Program-made: the position numbers and the translations under genes | Part shown: positions 25,914 through 38,815 of the stretch, one piece after another | How positions within the stretch are numbered: the first letter of the stretch is position 1 | Layout: each line of letters opens with the position of its first letter | Notes under the pieces: generated by a model | Database searches by the model: none | What the model saw: the letters and a program-made list of their open reading frames with translations, nothing else | What the model was told of the DNA's origin: nothing | Origin: Mizuhopecten yessoensis | Lineage: Eukaryota | Reading direction: 5' to 3' | Assembly (NCBI RefSeq): GCF_002113885.1 | Contig: NW_018480078.1 | Coordinates: 437,198 to 501,197 of the forward strand | Length of the DNA stretch: 64,000 nt

Positions 25914-26439
25914 GGCTCCCCGTACCACTGCCAGAAACTGTAACCAAGTATTGGAAGCAGGTTCTTTTTGGCATGACTATAGATATGATAAGTCATTTCT
26001 GAATAGAATACCCTATCTTGTGGTACTTTTATGAGAAATAACAGATATGAAATAAACAAAATATAGATCAACCACTGTGTTCTGAGTCAGGGATTCGAAG
26101 TCTGAACTTCAGATTGTTATACGATCGCTCTCACTAATTTAGCCACCTGGTCAATGGGAGTAGCATGGCAAAACTGCAGGGATAATCCTGGAGGGGGCCA
26201 TTTTGTATTGGGCCATTGACCCCTCAAAACTGTAATTGGCCCCTCCATGTTCCAATTTTTGTTAAATATTACAAAGAATGGCCCCTCTTAATTTTGATAT
26301 TGACTTAAAATTGCTGAAACGGCCCTCTCCTCTCAAATTTAGGGTTTTCCCTGAAACTGTGCTACAGTTATATTTAAACAGAAGTTAAGGGGAGGTAACT
26401 GTATATAGGAAATACCACAGTGCAGTGGGACAGGGATCC
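25914..26439 (-). mobile_element. Family K element, copy 3, complete with TTAA TSD and a nested insertion
   Basis: ttaa|GGCTCCCCGTACCACTG...CAGTGGGACAGGGATCC|ttaa; tRNA-like segment at ~26084-26152 on minus strand. Confidence 0.8.
26177..26353. mobile_element. 177-bp nested TIR element with 6-bp TSD
   Basis: CAGGGATAATCCT...AGGGTTTTCCCTG flanked by exact AAACTG at 26171-26176 and 26354-26359; removing it restores family K. Confidence 0.8.
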
Positions 26440-27024
26440 TTAAATTAATTAATGGTGGTCCACATTAAAGATATGCTGAAGACAAAGAAGCCATCAGCGC
26501 ACAGTTAACGAGGATGAAGAGGATCAACTACACAAACATGCCTTTCGTGTTAATATATGGGAACTGCTAGTACTAACGGCAAACAAAGTATATTCCATTA
26601 GCATTAATGTGGGTGTTATATATTCAAGGGGACATAACTCTATACTGGGAATCAGCGTCTGATGGGTCTATGTTTGTATATTTATAATAGCAAAGACAAT
26701 TTAGAATGCAGTAACACAGGCAGATACCTACTCATATAGACGAGTAATTCTAAGAAACATTTAAAGAAGAAAATATGTACCCATCAGAATGCTAGCAGAT
26801 AATATACTCCGATAGCTGCCTATCCAATGAAGGGAAAGTAATGATATGCTTTCTCTGTGAGCAGATATCCTATCTGTCCTTGGCACAGGAATTGTAATTA
26901 AACTGTCAATCAATTTATCTTTTTTTCCACATATACTTGACAGAACCTGTGATTATTGGTTACTTTAGAACAGCAAATGGAATACTCAAAGACATTCACA
27001 AGCAGGCATAACAAAGGTTATAAC

Positions 27025-27830
27025 GGATTGGCTGGGTAATCCCAAAGTGTGTAAAGGATTGGCTGGGTAATCATAATGTTTATATTTAAGGATTGGCTGG
27101 GTAATCATGATGTTTATATTTAAGGATTGGCTGGGTAATCATGATGTTTATGAAGACTGTGTGGGTAATCATGATGTTTATGAAGGATTGGCTGGGTAAT
27201 CATAATATTCATAATGGACTAAGGCTGGGTATTCAAAGTGTGTAAAGGATTGGCTGGGTATTCAAAGTGTGATTGGCTGGGTAATCATGATGTTTATATC
27301 TAAGGATTGGCTGGATAATCATGATGTTTATAAAGGATTGGCTGGGTAATCACAATGTTTATGTTTATAAAGGAGTGGCTGGGTAATCACAATGTTAATA
27401 AAGGATTGGCTGGGTAATCACAATGTGGAAAGGATTGGCAGGGTAATCTCAATGTTTATAAAGGATTGGCAGGGTAATCACAATGTTTATAAAGGATTGG
27501 CAGTGTAATCACAATGTGTAAAGGATTGGCAGGGTAATCAAAATGTGTAAAGGATTGGCAGGGTAATCAAAATGTGTAAAGGATTGACAGGGTAATCTCA
27601 ATGTTTATAAAGGATTGGCAGTGTAATCACAATGTGTAAAGGATTGGCAGTGTAATCACAATTTGTAAAGGATTGACAGGGGAATCTCAATGTTTATAAA
27701 GGATTGGCAGTGGAATCACAATGTGTAAAAGATTGGCAGGGGAATCAAAATGTGCAAAAGATTGTCTGGGTAATAAAAATGTGTAAAAGATTGGCTGGGT
27801 AATCCTAAAGTTTAAAGTATTGCCTGGGAA
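27025..27830. repeat. ~28-34-bp minisatellite
   Basis: Core AAGGATTGGC(T/A)GGGTAATCA with variable T/G/A linker. Confidence 0.92.
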
Positions 27831-29644
27831 TCACAAACTAATGTCTGGGTTATCACAACGTTCTAAGTATAGCCTGAGTTGGAGTTGGAGGGTAATCACA
27901 CAATTCTTAAAGAATTGGCCTTGTGGATGATCAAAATATTTCAAAGGAATTCCTACAGACTGGGTAACCACATAGCATATTTATTATTTGTTGCCTGGGC
28001 TAATTAATCAAAATCAAAAAGTAAAAAAAAAAGGAGAATAATTAAATCATACAGCAATAGGTTTGGAATGTTTATAATTGACATAAAAGTTTAGAAGACC
28101 GGCACAACTGCATGTGGAAAAGTAAAAAAGAAATCTGTTTGCAACATTAATTCAGAATAATTTTTAGCAGTTTTGGGACGATTTTTTTTTAATTTGACGT
28201 TAATTTTGCAATGAAATCAATATAAGTAAACATGAATAAATAAATAAGACTTTTTTTTTTTTATCCTGACAAATTAAGCGTCAATGGGATCTTTTTCAAT
28301 TTGTAATAGGTCTGTTCAACAGACCTAAATGGGTGAGAAGATAAATCAATATATCCATGTAAGCAAGCTTTTACATATATATCCGAGATGATCTATTGCA
28401 TGTCTTAGATTCAGACACTGGATATTCGTATATATATTTCAGAGTACAGCTTCAAGGCCACAGTGTCATTGTCCGAAAATTTCCCACTGCACCAACCTGA
28501 GGCTGATTGCGGTCAGTTTGAGTGGCAGACAGGGGTCAACTACATGTCCTTGGATGTCTACTCCTTCAAAAGGTCACAAAGGTCATTAAAGGCAAGGCAA
28601 AGGTCATCGAGAACTCATCAGGACTCGGGAGAAATCAATTAATAGACATAATATCTGATATGTTATACTATATAGACTAATCAACGATACAGGATACTGT
28701 CATATAGAATCAAATACAAAGGTCAAAGTTCATCACAGAATCTAAAAATAGAAATTTTGGAACATGCAAAAGATGCTGATTGAATAAATGTCATACGTAT
28801 ATATCCAACACCTACGCCAAACTTCATGAAGAAGTCAAAACTATTTTTGAAAACTCACCTGAAGTCCCAAAAATAAGTTACTTAGAATTCCATAAAAAAT
28901 CCTGCAGGAATTTGAAGGTTAAAAAAAGAAGGCAATATTGTCTGTATAAGACGATTAGGTATTGTACCTAAGCTTTCATTGATCTTGTGCCCTTTATTAC
29001 ATAGCCTCTGATAATTAAGTAGGGCAGAGGTATCATTTGGAATTGTAAAGTTCAAAATTTAGTTGTTTTTACTGTAAAACCAATATACATGATGTACCTT
29101 GGGCTGGAAAGATTGTAAACCTAATTGCATTAGGCTGAACTGCAGATTCAAAGCAAAGGCGAGTTAAGAACTATATAACTTTTTTTGCCAGGATGATTTT
29201 TGCCTCCCTTCTCTATTCTGTGGCCGTTAACTGTTAGGTCAAACTGGGTTTAGAGCAGAAACGAAGAATGGAAGCCTCAGAGTAAGCCTCGTGAGCTCAG
29301 AGTCCTCAAAAGTATATCCCCAAAAAGAGATGGACAAATGAAGGAGGCCATCAAAAACAGGGTCAGTAAGACTCGCTGACCAGATAATAATCCCTGAGAA
29401 ATCATCTATGTCCAGAATGTCTCATCTCCATGGATCTGTCCGCCACCCCCATGCTGCACCCTGCCCTTACTCCCCCCAGATAACTGATCGTCACACAGAT
29501 CAGAAAGTCTGTAGAAGGCAACTGAAACTGAACAAGAGTACCGCGGGGCGGAACAATATACGCCCGTCGAATGCCATATAGTGATATATACTTTCTTACA
29601 TTGAAACAAGATCTGCATCATTCTAAGAGTGGTTAGCTGACATG

Positions 29645-30035
29645 CTATAAAAAATGTAGGAGAAAATCTCCGGACAAAAAATCAAATACTGAAATGAACA
29701 AAGGGCAGTAACTTCTGCAAAAATCATCAAATCAAAATTCTCTTCAGGGAGACACAACTCCATATCATGATTAAAATGTATACCAAGTTTCAAAGAGATC
29801 CGTTGAAAAATGTAGGAGATTGCCAAACAAAAATCAAATACTGAAATAACCAAAGGGTAATAACTTTTGCAAAAATTGTTGAATCAAAACTCTTTTAAGG
29901 GAGACACAACTTCATATCATGTTTATAATGTATACCAAGTTTCAAAGAGATCGGTCGAAAAATGTAGGAGGAGATTGCTGGACAAACAAAAGTTTACGCC
30001 AGCCGGCCGGCCAAACCCATACCATAATAAAAAAA
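29645..30035 (-). mobile_element. HINE-like element, third family, ~152-bp core repeats
   Basis: TGTATACCAAGTTTCAAAGAGATC...GAAAAATGTAGGAG repeated; GC-rich microsatellite-like end CCAGCCGGCCGGCC. Confidence 0.6.
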
Positions 30036-30690
30036 GGCACAAAGGACAAAACACCAAGAGGAAATGCTGCATTTTACTCTATAACAAAGTCATCATATTT
30101 TAATGGGCCAAGAGGCTTAACCCCCCTCCCGACTTCTACTCAGCTTTGTGAGGAGATATCTGTGTTTGGTAACATAATCAGAAGAAGGGAACACCATGAA
30201 ATCACCAACTCCAGGCTGCAGCTTAGGAAAACCTGGTTAGTGAAAGGAAGGTGCATGCATTCTCCACAATGTGTACGTACCCTGGCAAAGACGATACGTA
30301 CTGTTTGCATGTACTAGGAGATCTTCACCACAGTTTAACTTTCGACCTTTTTTTCTGCCCTCTGCGATGAGGGCAAATACATCATGACAGCAAGTATGAT
30401 TGGCCAACATACCATAGGTGGTAACAGCACACAAAGGATGACATTAACACGGGGTGAACATATAGATTTCACTGGTAAAGGTTGAATATTTGATGGTGCG
30501 AAAGTTTCCCGGGATACAGTAGTTCTCTCTTGCAGAGTACGATAACTCCTTGAAGCAGGCCTGGGATACACCTGGCTCATTAAGGTGGTCTTCTCTGGAA
30601 ATATCGATGCTGAATCAAGGAATTGGGCATTTTTTCCCACCAAGGATCTGTGTTAAGTTCACACTTGCATGCACTACTGTTGACACTTAC

Positions 30691-30790
30691 CTAAACTTGA
30701 TGTTTCCAATTGTTTTCTCCCCATAACTCCAGATCCCTTGAAGTCTTCGCTCTAGTACTCCATCAAAGATATGCTCCCATAAGTACAGGC
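30691..30790 (-). CDS. RXYLT1: RXYLT1 internal coding exon (100 nt, not in ORF track)
   Basis: Acceptor ttctgtcattgcag, donor gtaagt; encodes (G)LYLWEHIFDGVLERRLQGIWSYGEKTIGNIKF(R); GLYLWEHIF is an RXYLT1 motif; ends in phase 2, matching the exon at 7644. Confidence 0.93.
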
Positions 30791-33700
30791 CTGCAATGAC
30801 AGAAAGATCGAATACTAGGTCAGAATTGTATTTGAACTAATCTAAACAAATAGGAATATAATACAGATAAATATGTATCAACGATATAATAAAAGTTATT
30901 GAACATTTCTAAATACAGTATAATTAAAGTAAATATCAATATTATACCAATTTTGTTTGCCATTTCAGTTGCGGTCGTTAAATAGTTCAGGACCCTCTTT
31001 TTGTTTCTCTACAACTTCTTGAAAATCCTTTGATATATATATATCACTACCAACGATTACGGTGTAACAAGGTTTCACTGTAGTTGAAACATGAAACCCC
31101 TCACATTTTTATTTTCTCCAGTGGTCTTTGAGAACAATTAAGTTAAACAGATAACCAATTGAAGTTGGTTTCTGTTTTTAAGCTAGTTTAAACAAGAAGT
31201 GATGAAAGTCAAGATGCTACATGTTGTATCTTGTAAATCATTTTATTTTCTACACCCTTTAAAAGAAACATTTGCAAAGATATGAATTAAAAAAAAAGAA
31301 ATAATGACAGCTCATCACGCTCTTTATTTGTGTCTGAATCAATATCTATTCCCAAACCAGTCATCTTCTGTCCTCGGAAACAGATGTAAATATAATTTTT
31401 TAATGTAATCTTGTTTTATTGTTTTGCTAATTAGTTTCTGTATATTGTTTTGTGGGCACACCAATTCAATAATACACTAATCTGTTAGAATTCAATATTG
31501 AGTTCAAATTTGAGCATGCTTATAAGTAAGTACATTCACAGTATCAGTATCTCAAAAAATAAATATGGTCCCAGTAACTATGATGAAGTGTAAAGTGTTT
31601 ACTGTATAGCTTAACTATTTAGGTTTGAAATAAACACTTATGATAATACAAAAAACAAAACAGACAAAATATGCGAAGACAGCTAACACAACCAGACATT
31701 AGTGTTGAATGCCAACATGTTTCACTCTTTTACAGAATATTGTGAGAAAAAATGATTATTATTCTAGATAAAAAATTTGCTTGGAAAGCATTTGAATGCT
31801 GTCACAATCCCAACAGTGATTTTAATCCCAGAAATTGTCTGCCATTGAAAAAACTCTTCACACCTTGATGGTGTAGTGGGAAAGATTAGCATTTGAAAGG
31901 GAAATAGACATAAAAAACGGACTGCAGAAATATCCACTAGCTCTCTCTCTTGACGCAACGCCACTTTGAAAATCTGACAATTTAGTGAAAACACCCAAAC
32001 AGCAAACAAGTAATTGTTCCATGAGAATTTGTGTGCCAACAGAGGAAGGAAGAGTAAAACCCATACTGACTCTGATAATGTTCTTACAGAAATTTGGCTG
32101 TCAAGAAGCATTTGGATTGCTTTAAGAGGTATTGATGTTTCTGTATTTAAATGAACACAAATGGGCAGCCAGTGACAGTGTATTGACTGAAGTGTGAAGC
32201 CTGCTTGCTCAAAAGCTTAAGATAGTATGGCCGAATCTGTCTGCCTGGTCCCAAACTTGCAAAATATCCCCGGAATACGGAAATTGGTTTTTAATAATTC
32301 TGTCATCTTTTGTTGTACTTTATGATTTGGATTTTAAATCTGGCGTCAACAAAAAGCGTCTGGCGCCAAGCTATTGACTTAATGCCACAATATGGTGTTG
32401 GCATTCAGGCGTTCTTATTACCAATATTGAAAATAACACTTTTTTTTAATCAAACAGATATTATATCAGTCGCAAAGTACAGTGTAATCATTTCACAGGC
32501 TTAAGTGTGTGGTGTGGTGTATGTAGACAGTTTATGGCATCATTTTGTCAAAACGAAATTGTATATTGTATTTTCCATTGTGATATTGATGAAATTATTC
32601 ATGGGAGATCACAAACCCAAGCTTTGCGTCGGCTTATGAACAATTAAGTTATAAGTCAAAGTCGGCTGCCATATATATCACTAGACCTCCATTAAGCAAT
32701 AATTTAACAGGCAGCCGTTCATCATTGTCACTCGTAAGTTTTGGAATTAAATATGAATTACAAAACATGACAAATACCGTTAATTGTATAAGAATTAAAT
32801 CATAATTACTGAGAATGTAAATGATTATTTCCAAATGTTGAGATAAATAAAAAGTTAACCTATAAATGTAATTTGATACCAAACTATCATCAGAAACATT
32901 ATTTATTTCAGATATAACTGCAAAACAAGCAAATATTTTGCAAAGAACACATTTTAGAATTACAACGTATATTGGCAATATATCAATCCAATTTATTCTT
33001 TTTAAAAAGGCATGTCTCAATATCATATTTTTTTTTGGACATGTACATTAGCGAGATGACCAGAATTTAAAAACCTCACAGAGTTTTAAAAAAGCCTTGA
33101 ACAACAATTTTTCTGCTCAATAATGTCGCTGTATTGATATCACCACAATGAAATAACGGAAAATCAAAGAGAGCAGAACAGCGGAACCAAAATCAACAAA
33201 ACTTGAAGCATCCTATTGTGATCTTCATAATTTCATGATGGCTCTGTGAAATATGAAACATGACAACCAATCAAATGTTCATTTAAATAGTTACGCCGTA
33301 CGATAACTGAGAACCACAGACAACATGATCAACAAAGAGACGGATTGCAAAGGAACTTGTGTCCAATGTCTGCAACGTCGCACAGGATTCACTGATTATC
33401 AAACATTCACTCACGTACAAGTATAATAAACAGATTTCAAACAGAAACTGATGTTTGCTTCAGTTAGCCTAACGTTCCATGATTACTGGAAGAGGAGTCA
33501 ACCCACCAATCAAATAGGGGCAGCGACAGTGATCCTCGCAGTTTTATTCGCGGACTGATTTTGTTTCCTTTTTTAGATACTTCTGATTTCTGTTCAATTT
33601 GTTTAGATGATGCGACAGCTAGTGGCTTGAATGGGCGATTGTCAGGATATATCTATCAATTAACCAAATTAATATCAATGTCAGATTCTTCAAAATGTCA

Positions 33701-34409
33701 ATAGACAGGAAAAGCAGTTCAACTTGTATAAGCATGGTTTCATTTGTCACACAAATAAAAGGAATATTGACCTTTGTCATACAACTCATATTCTACACCT
33801 GATTAAGCGTGTCCAGGACAAGTTATGTGACCTTGAGCTAGAGAAAGGAAGTCAGCAAGTGTAATTTCAACTGGTATAATTATGACATTAGTACCACATA
33901 TATTTCTGTATGCAAGTGTCATATAATCTCTGGAGGTTCCAGGGGTTTCAAGAACCAGACTTAAATTTCGAGCTCTGAATATATCCCCTCCCCCAGACCC
34001 CCTTTCATACGGAATTAGAGGCTAAATGTCTCAAGTAAGCACTGCTTTGAAACCATTGATAAGCTGTCAAATTGCGTTTTAAATAAAAAAAATTTTTTTT
34101 AGCTTACACATTTTAAAATATCAGGAAACATTTTTGTCCAACTGAAATAATATATTGCTTTGTATGTTTGATTACTTTTCCAATAATATCAATGTTGGTC
34201 TTAAATCTATGCGGCCAAACAAACTTGCATGTCTTTATTGTAAAAAGGTTTTAAAAGCAATAACAATGGAAGCCTGTGTAAGATTTTAATTACTTCTACA
34301 GACTCCAGACAGATACATCAGACTGACATCTAAGTAACATAATCATTGTATCAAATCTAAAAGCACTTCATCACTGTCACCCAGCTCCCTTACCCCAGCC
34401 CCGACCCTC

Positions 34410-34870
34410 AGACAGAGTGGAGCTCTCGTGACCTAACCCTGCGGTCCTTCCAGGTAGTTGCGCTACACGATTACCCTATAACCCTGTCCTTCCAGACATC
34501 ATCACTGTGGAGCTCTTCTGACACAACTCTGTCCTTACAGAAAGTGGGACTCGTTTACCCTATCTCTATCCTTCCAGACGGAGTGGGGCTCTTGTGACCT
34601 TACCCTGCTGTCCTTCCAGGCAGTGGCCCGGCTCCATGATTACCCTATAACCCTGTCCTTCCAGACATAGTGGAGCTCTCCTGGCCTTACTCTGTCCTTA
34701 CAGGAACTGGAGCTCTCGTGACCTAACTCTGTCCTTACAGGAAGTGGGGCTCTGGTAACCTAACCCCCTGTCTTTCCAGACATAGTGGAGCTTTCATGAC
34801 CTAACTCTGTCCTTGCAGGAAATAGGGCTTGTTTACCCTATCTCTGAGAACCTACAATCCCTGTCCTTGC
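34410..34870. repeat. Heterogeneous ~38-44-bp minisatellite
   Basis: Recurring CTGTCCTT(C/A)CAG...GTGGAGCTCT...GACCTAAC. Confidence 0.8.
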
Positions 34871-34889
34871 AGGTAATTAATATCTCCTT

Positions 34890-35392
34890 CCAGACAGTGA
34901 CCTATATACCATGTCGTTCCAGGCAATTAATCTATGATAACCTATAACCCTGCCGTTCCAGACAGTAAATCTATGATAACCAATAACCCTGCCCAAACAG
35001 ACAATTAATCTATGATAACCTATAACACTGTCGTTCCAGACAGTTAATCTATGATAACCTATAACCCTGCCGTTCCAGACAGTTAATCTATGATAACCTG
35101 TAACCATGCCGTTCCAGACAGTTAATCTATGATAACCTATAACCATGCCGTTCCAGACAGTTAATCTATGACAACCTATAACCCTGCCGTTCCAGACAGT
35201 TAATCTATGATAACCTATAACCCTGTCCTAACAGACAGTTAATCTATGACAACATATAACCATGCCGTTCCAGACAATTAATCTATGACAACCTATAACC
35301 ATGCCGTTCCAGACAGTAAATCTATGACAACCTATAACCCTGCCGTTCCAGACAGTTAATCTATGATAACCTATAACCCTGCCCTAACAGAC
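34890..35392. repeat. 39-bp minisatellite, ~13 units
   Basis: Unit CCGTTCCAGACAGTTAATCTATGATAACCTATAACCCTG. Confidence 0.95.
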
Positions 35393-35682
35393 TGAATTTC
35401 AGAACCATTTCACTCTGTTTAATGCATTGCTCATCGTTAAAACAGAACTTTAAGTGACAAGTGATTTTAATTCATATTGAATGAAGAACTGGCAATTTTC
35501 ACAATAACTGATTTCCTGGAAACATGCCACCCTCAATATGACTAACTAAGTACCAAGCTCAGTAAACAAGATGGATTTAGTCCATAAATATAAGTCAATA
35601 ATTACAGGTGTAAAACGTATACAGTATATACACTGGAATAACTACACAAAAAAAGTATTTTAAACCCATTCTCTAAATATCC

Positions 35683-35771
35683 CAACTGGAGTATAATACA
35701 TGTTTCAGGCATGCATCCTGTCAATTGGAGTATATAAATACATGTTTCAGGCATGCATCCTGTCAATTGGA
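35683..35771. repeat. ~40-bp tandem duplication
   Basis: AATACATGTTTCAGGCATGCATCCTGTCAATTGGA twice. Confidence 0.85.
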
Positions 35772-36474
35772 TTTTAAAAGCATGTCAAGTGGTATTTGAT
35801 ATCCACACATGTAGATATTATTATGACAAAAAAACAATAAATGTGCGGAATCAAACGCTGGTAGAATGGGTAAAGTTGACTGGATGTTCAGGATGCAAGG
35901 GAGCGCTGGCATACCATTCATCTCAATTATTGAAAACGTCTCCAATTACGAACGCCAGAATAGGACCGAAATAGGAATAACGAAGCGAAAAAAAAAAACA
36001 CCCACCCAACTGGTGTGCAAAGCTGTAGGTGTTTTTGTTGGAGTAACAAGAATGAACGTTAAATTTGCTGCATCATATTAATCACGAAACACGGAGATAA
36101 TGCTTCCCAGCATGATTGAATCGGTCCATACATCCTGGACACATGCTTAATAATGTATACCTTCATTACATGGTAGACATAAAATTTCTGTTTCGAACAG
36201 AGAAACGTGTTTTAATGTCTATTCACAGGAGAATATATTTGAGACTTTTTTCAGTCTTAGACCTTAACTTACGCAGGCCTTAGAAATACTCTGTTGAAAT
36301 TTTTGCGGTGTCATTGCTCTTTGACAAAAAAAGCCAGCATTTTACAGATAGAAAAGGTCTATTATGGTAAGCATATCATATAAATGTATTAAAATTTGCA
36401 TCTAAATTTAATATTTACCTTGTTTCTGATGATTATGGAGTATTTGGTATATCATCATTTCAATTAAAGGTACA

Positions 36475-36606
36475 TAGTCTAGCGGTAGGACGCCGGGCTC
36501 GTGACCGAAGGGTTGCGGGTTCGAGTCACGGCACGGCTCTGTGTTGTATCTTTGAGCAAGATACTTTACTCAGCTAAATTGTTCCAGTCTACTCGGCTGT
36601 AAATGA
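36475..36606 (+). mobile_element. tRNA-derived SINE (family S1), 5' portion
   Basis: A box TAGTCTAGCGGTAGGACG, B box GGTTCGAGTC, CORE-like TATCTTTGAGCAAGATACTTTACTC; homologous to 51398-51766. Confidence 0.8.
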
Positions 36607-37452
36607 ACATTAAAAGGCCATATAAATGTGATACTACGGCAGTACCACATATAACTATTTACACACTTCTAATACTTTATGACATAAGAGAGTTCACAAA
36701 GTTCATAAACTGTATCTGTTCCAAATTTATATATTGCTTATATATAATTGCTATTCCCGTCAATTGCTTTTTCCAAACTACACAATTTCAGTGTCTATTA
36801 AAATCAAGGACAATTATACACCGGCTTTGACTTTTTGTCATCCTTCTAGCTAGTTCACACAAAAACAGTTGTGGTTCATCCATCTTATGACTTCAAAAGA
36901 TACCCAGTTAGAAGGGTACGTATTTTTCTCGGACAGTTGGTGATAACATTATGTGATTTGAGTTTAGGACATATAATTATACCTCAACTTTACAACAGAG
37001 GGTCTGATTTGATGATACTGGTCACATGCCGCTCTCATGTGCTCAAGTTTTCCTGATTATATTTCCCTTATTCGGAGCCTCTCTAGAAAATTCGGCAAGA
37101 CCCACCACAACTTGGTTCCGAAAGATGGAAGCAGTGGACAACAATGGAGCGTCAATCTTATCATCTCTACTATTGTGTGATTATTTTTTATCTATTTCTT
37201 TTTCAGCACAAAATATTTATTACTCTTTCTGCAGGGAAACATCATTTCTTTTGTTTCTCATAGGTTGATAATGTTTTATGAGGGCAAAGCTTAAGCTTGA
37301 CTAAAATATATGATTATCCCTACATTAAGAGAAATATTTGTATAATGTCTAATACCTAAATTGTAAGATCCATGATGGCTTGAATTAACAAGATTCAAGA
37401 TCTTCTTCAAACTTTAATGTTTTTTTTTTATATTATTCTTCATCAAAAATGT

Positions 37453-37543
37453 TTAACTCATTCACCCCTGAAATTTTATAATGAACTATTCCAACCTTTA
37501 AATTGGAAGAGTTCAAATGTGTCTTTAGGGGTGAATGAGTTAA
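37453..37543 (+). mobile_element. Family A hairpin MITE
   Basis: Full copy, TTAA both sides. Confidence 0.9.
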
Positions 37544-38273
37544 AGCAGCTCATTAATTAATTCACCTTCAATAATTTAATGAGATCTCCTCATTAAAATT
37601 TGTTTTTAAACAAGTAGATTTACAGTAATATAATTAACTAACCAACACAGTCATATCTCAAGTTACCATTTAGCTGTAATACGACTTGGTCCCCTATGAC
37701 AAACATTTCGTTAGCTTTGGAACGTCTGGACTTGACGATCTCCTCGGGTCTGATGCCCTTTACCTATATTGACGGACTGGATTAGGAGATTGCTATCCTT
37801 TAGAACGGTGGACTGAATTTTAACAGTCCTATTTATCTGCCTGCACATGCAAGACTAAACCACCAGGCATAGACGTCCAAGCAATAAAACATTCAGTCTT
37901 GACTGTCCAGGAGTGAACACATTCAATGATGGGACACAACCATTTATATCTCTGTCTGGCTATTTTAGGAAGCACAGAGAAACATCAATATTTACAAAAT
38001 GGTCCAAACTCTCTCATATTGTTGTATGATTTAAAAAAAAAAAAAAAAACCACCCTGTTATCTTATTTGAAACTGACGATGGACACACATTGCTGATTTG
38101 TTAAAACTGTCTGAAATAAAGAGCTAGTGTTTGTTAAATGTCACCAACCAGACAGTTGAATCAATATTGTGTGTTTTCTACCATCACCGCACTACCGACT
38201 CAGCAATCTCTCAATCTCTCGGCTGGAATCTGTTGGCCGAGTCACATACGTGGTGACAGACAGCTAGGTAACA

Positions 38274-38442
38274 CAGTGGCGGATCCAGAGGTTTTTTTGG
38301 GGCTTCAGGAAACCCCCCCCCCCACGCTGATAATTTTCTTTAAAAATCATGTATTTTCACCATTTTCCTCAATTTCCCCCCACATGGAAACCCCCCAGGA
38401 AATTTGGAAACCCCCCCAGATAGGTCTCTGGATCTGCCACTG
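38274..38442. mobile_element. 169-bp MITE with CAGTGGCGGATCCAGAG TIRs, 5-bp flanking repeat
   Basis: CAGTGGCGGATCCAGAG...CTCTGGATCTGCCACTG; TAACA on both sides; internal GGAAACCCCCC three times. Confidence 0.85.
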
Positions 38443-38533
38443 TAACAGTATAGTCTTTCTCTCTCTAAGCATGTCTGCAATGTCTTATTGAAAGCCATGA
38501 TGGTATTCTCTAGTTTATCCAACAGACCAGACA

Positions 38534-38815
38534 GATCTGGCAAGTTTTTATGCTAGGCAAACTCAGATTTGCCATCTATACATGCCAAGTTTTAATGCTA
38601 GGTAAATTCAGATTTGCCATCTATACATGCGAAGTTTTTATGCTAGGCAAATTCAGATTTGCCATCTATAAATGCCAAGGTTTTAAGCTAGGAAAATTCA
38701 GATTTGTCATCTATACATGCAAAGTTTTTATGCTAGGCAAATTCAGATTTGCCATCTATAAATGCCAAGGTTTTAAGCTAGAAAAATTCAGATTTGCGAT
38801 CTATACATGCCAAAA
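38534..38815. repeat. 45-bp minisatellite, ~6 units
   Basis: Unit starts at 38542, 38587, 38632, 38677, 38722, 38767. Confidence 0.92.

Noticed and set aside
26790-26826. Possible missing RXYLT1 exon (reads AAIGVYY on the minus strand)
   Set aside because: Flanked by in-frame stops and lies downstream of the exon it would have to precede
27025-27830. CRISPR-like repeat/spacer pattern
   Set aside because: Linkers are short, related to each other and not unique spacers; eukaryotic context with no cas genes
30237-30643. 102-aa and 65-aa ORFs just inside the intron after the 30691 donor
   Set aside because: No recognisable domain, non-ATG starts and no convincing splice sites
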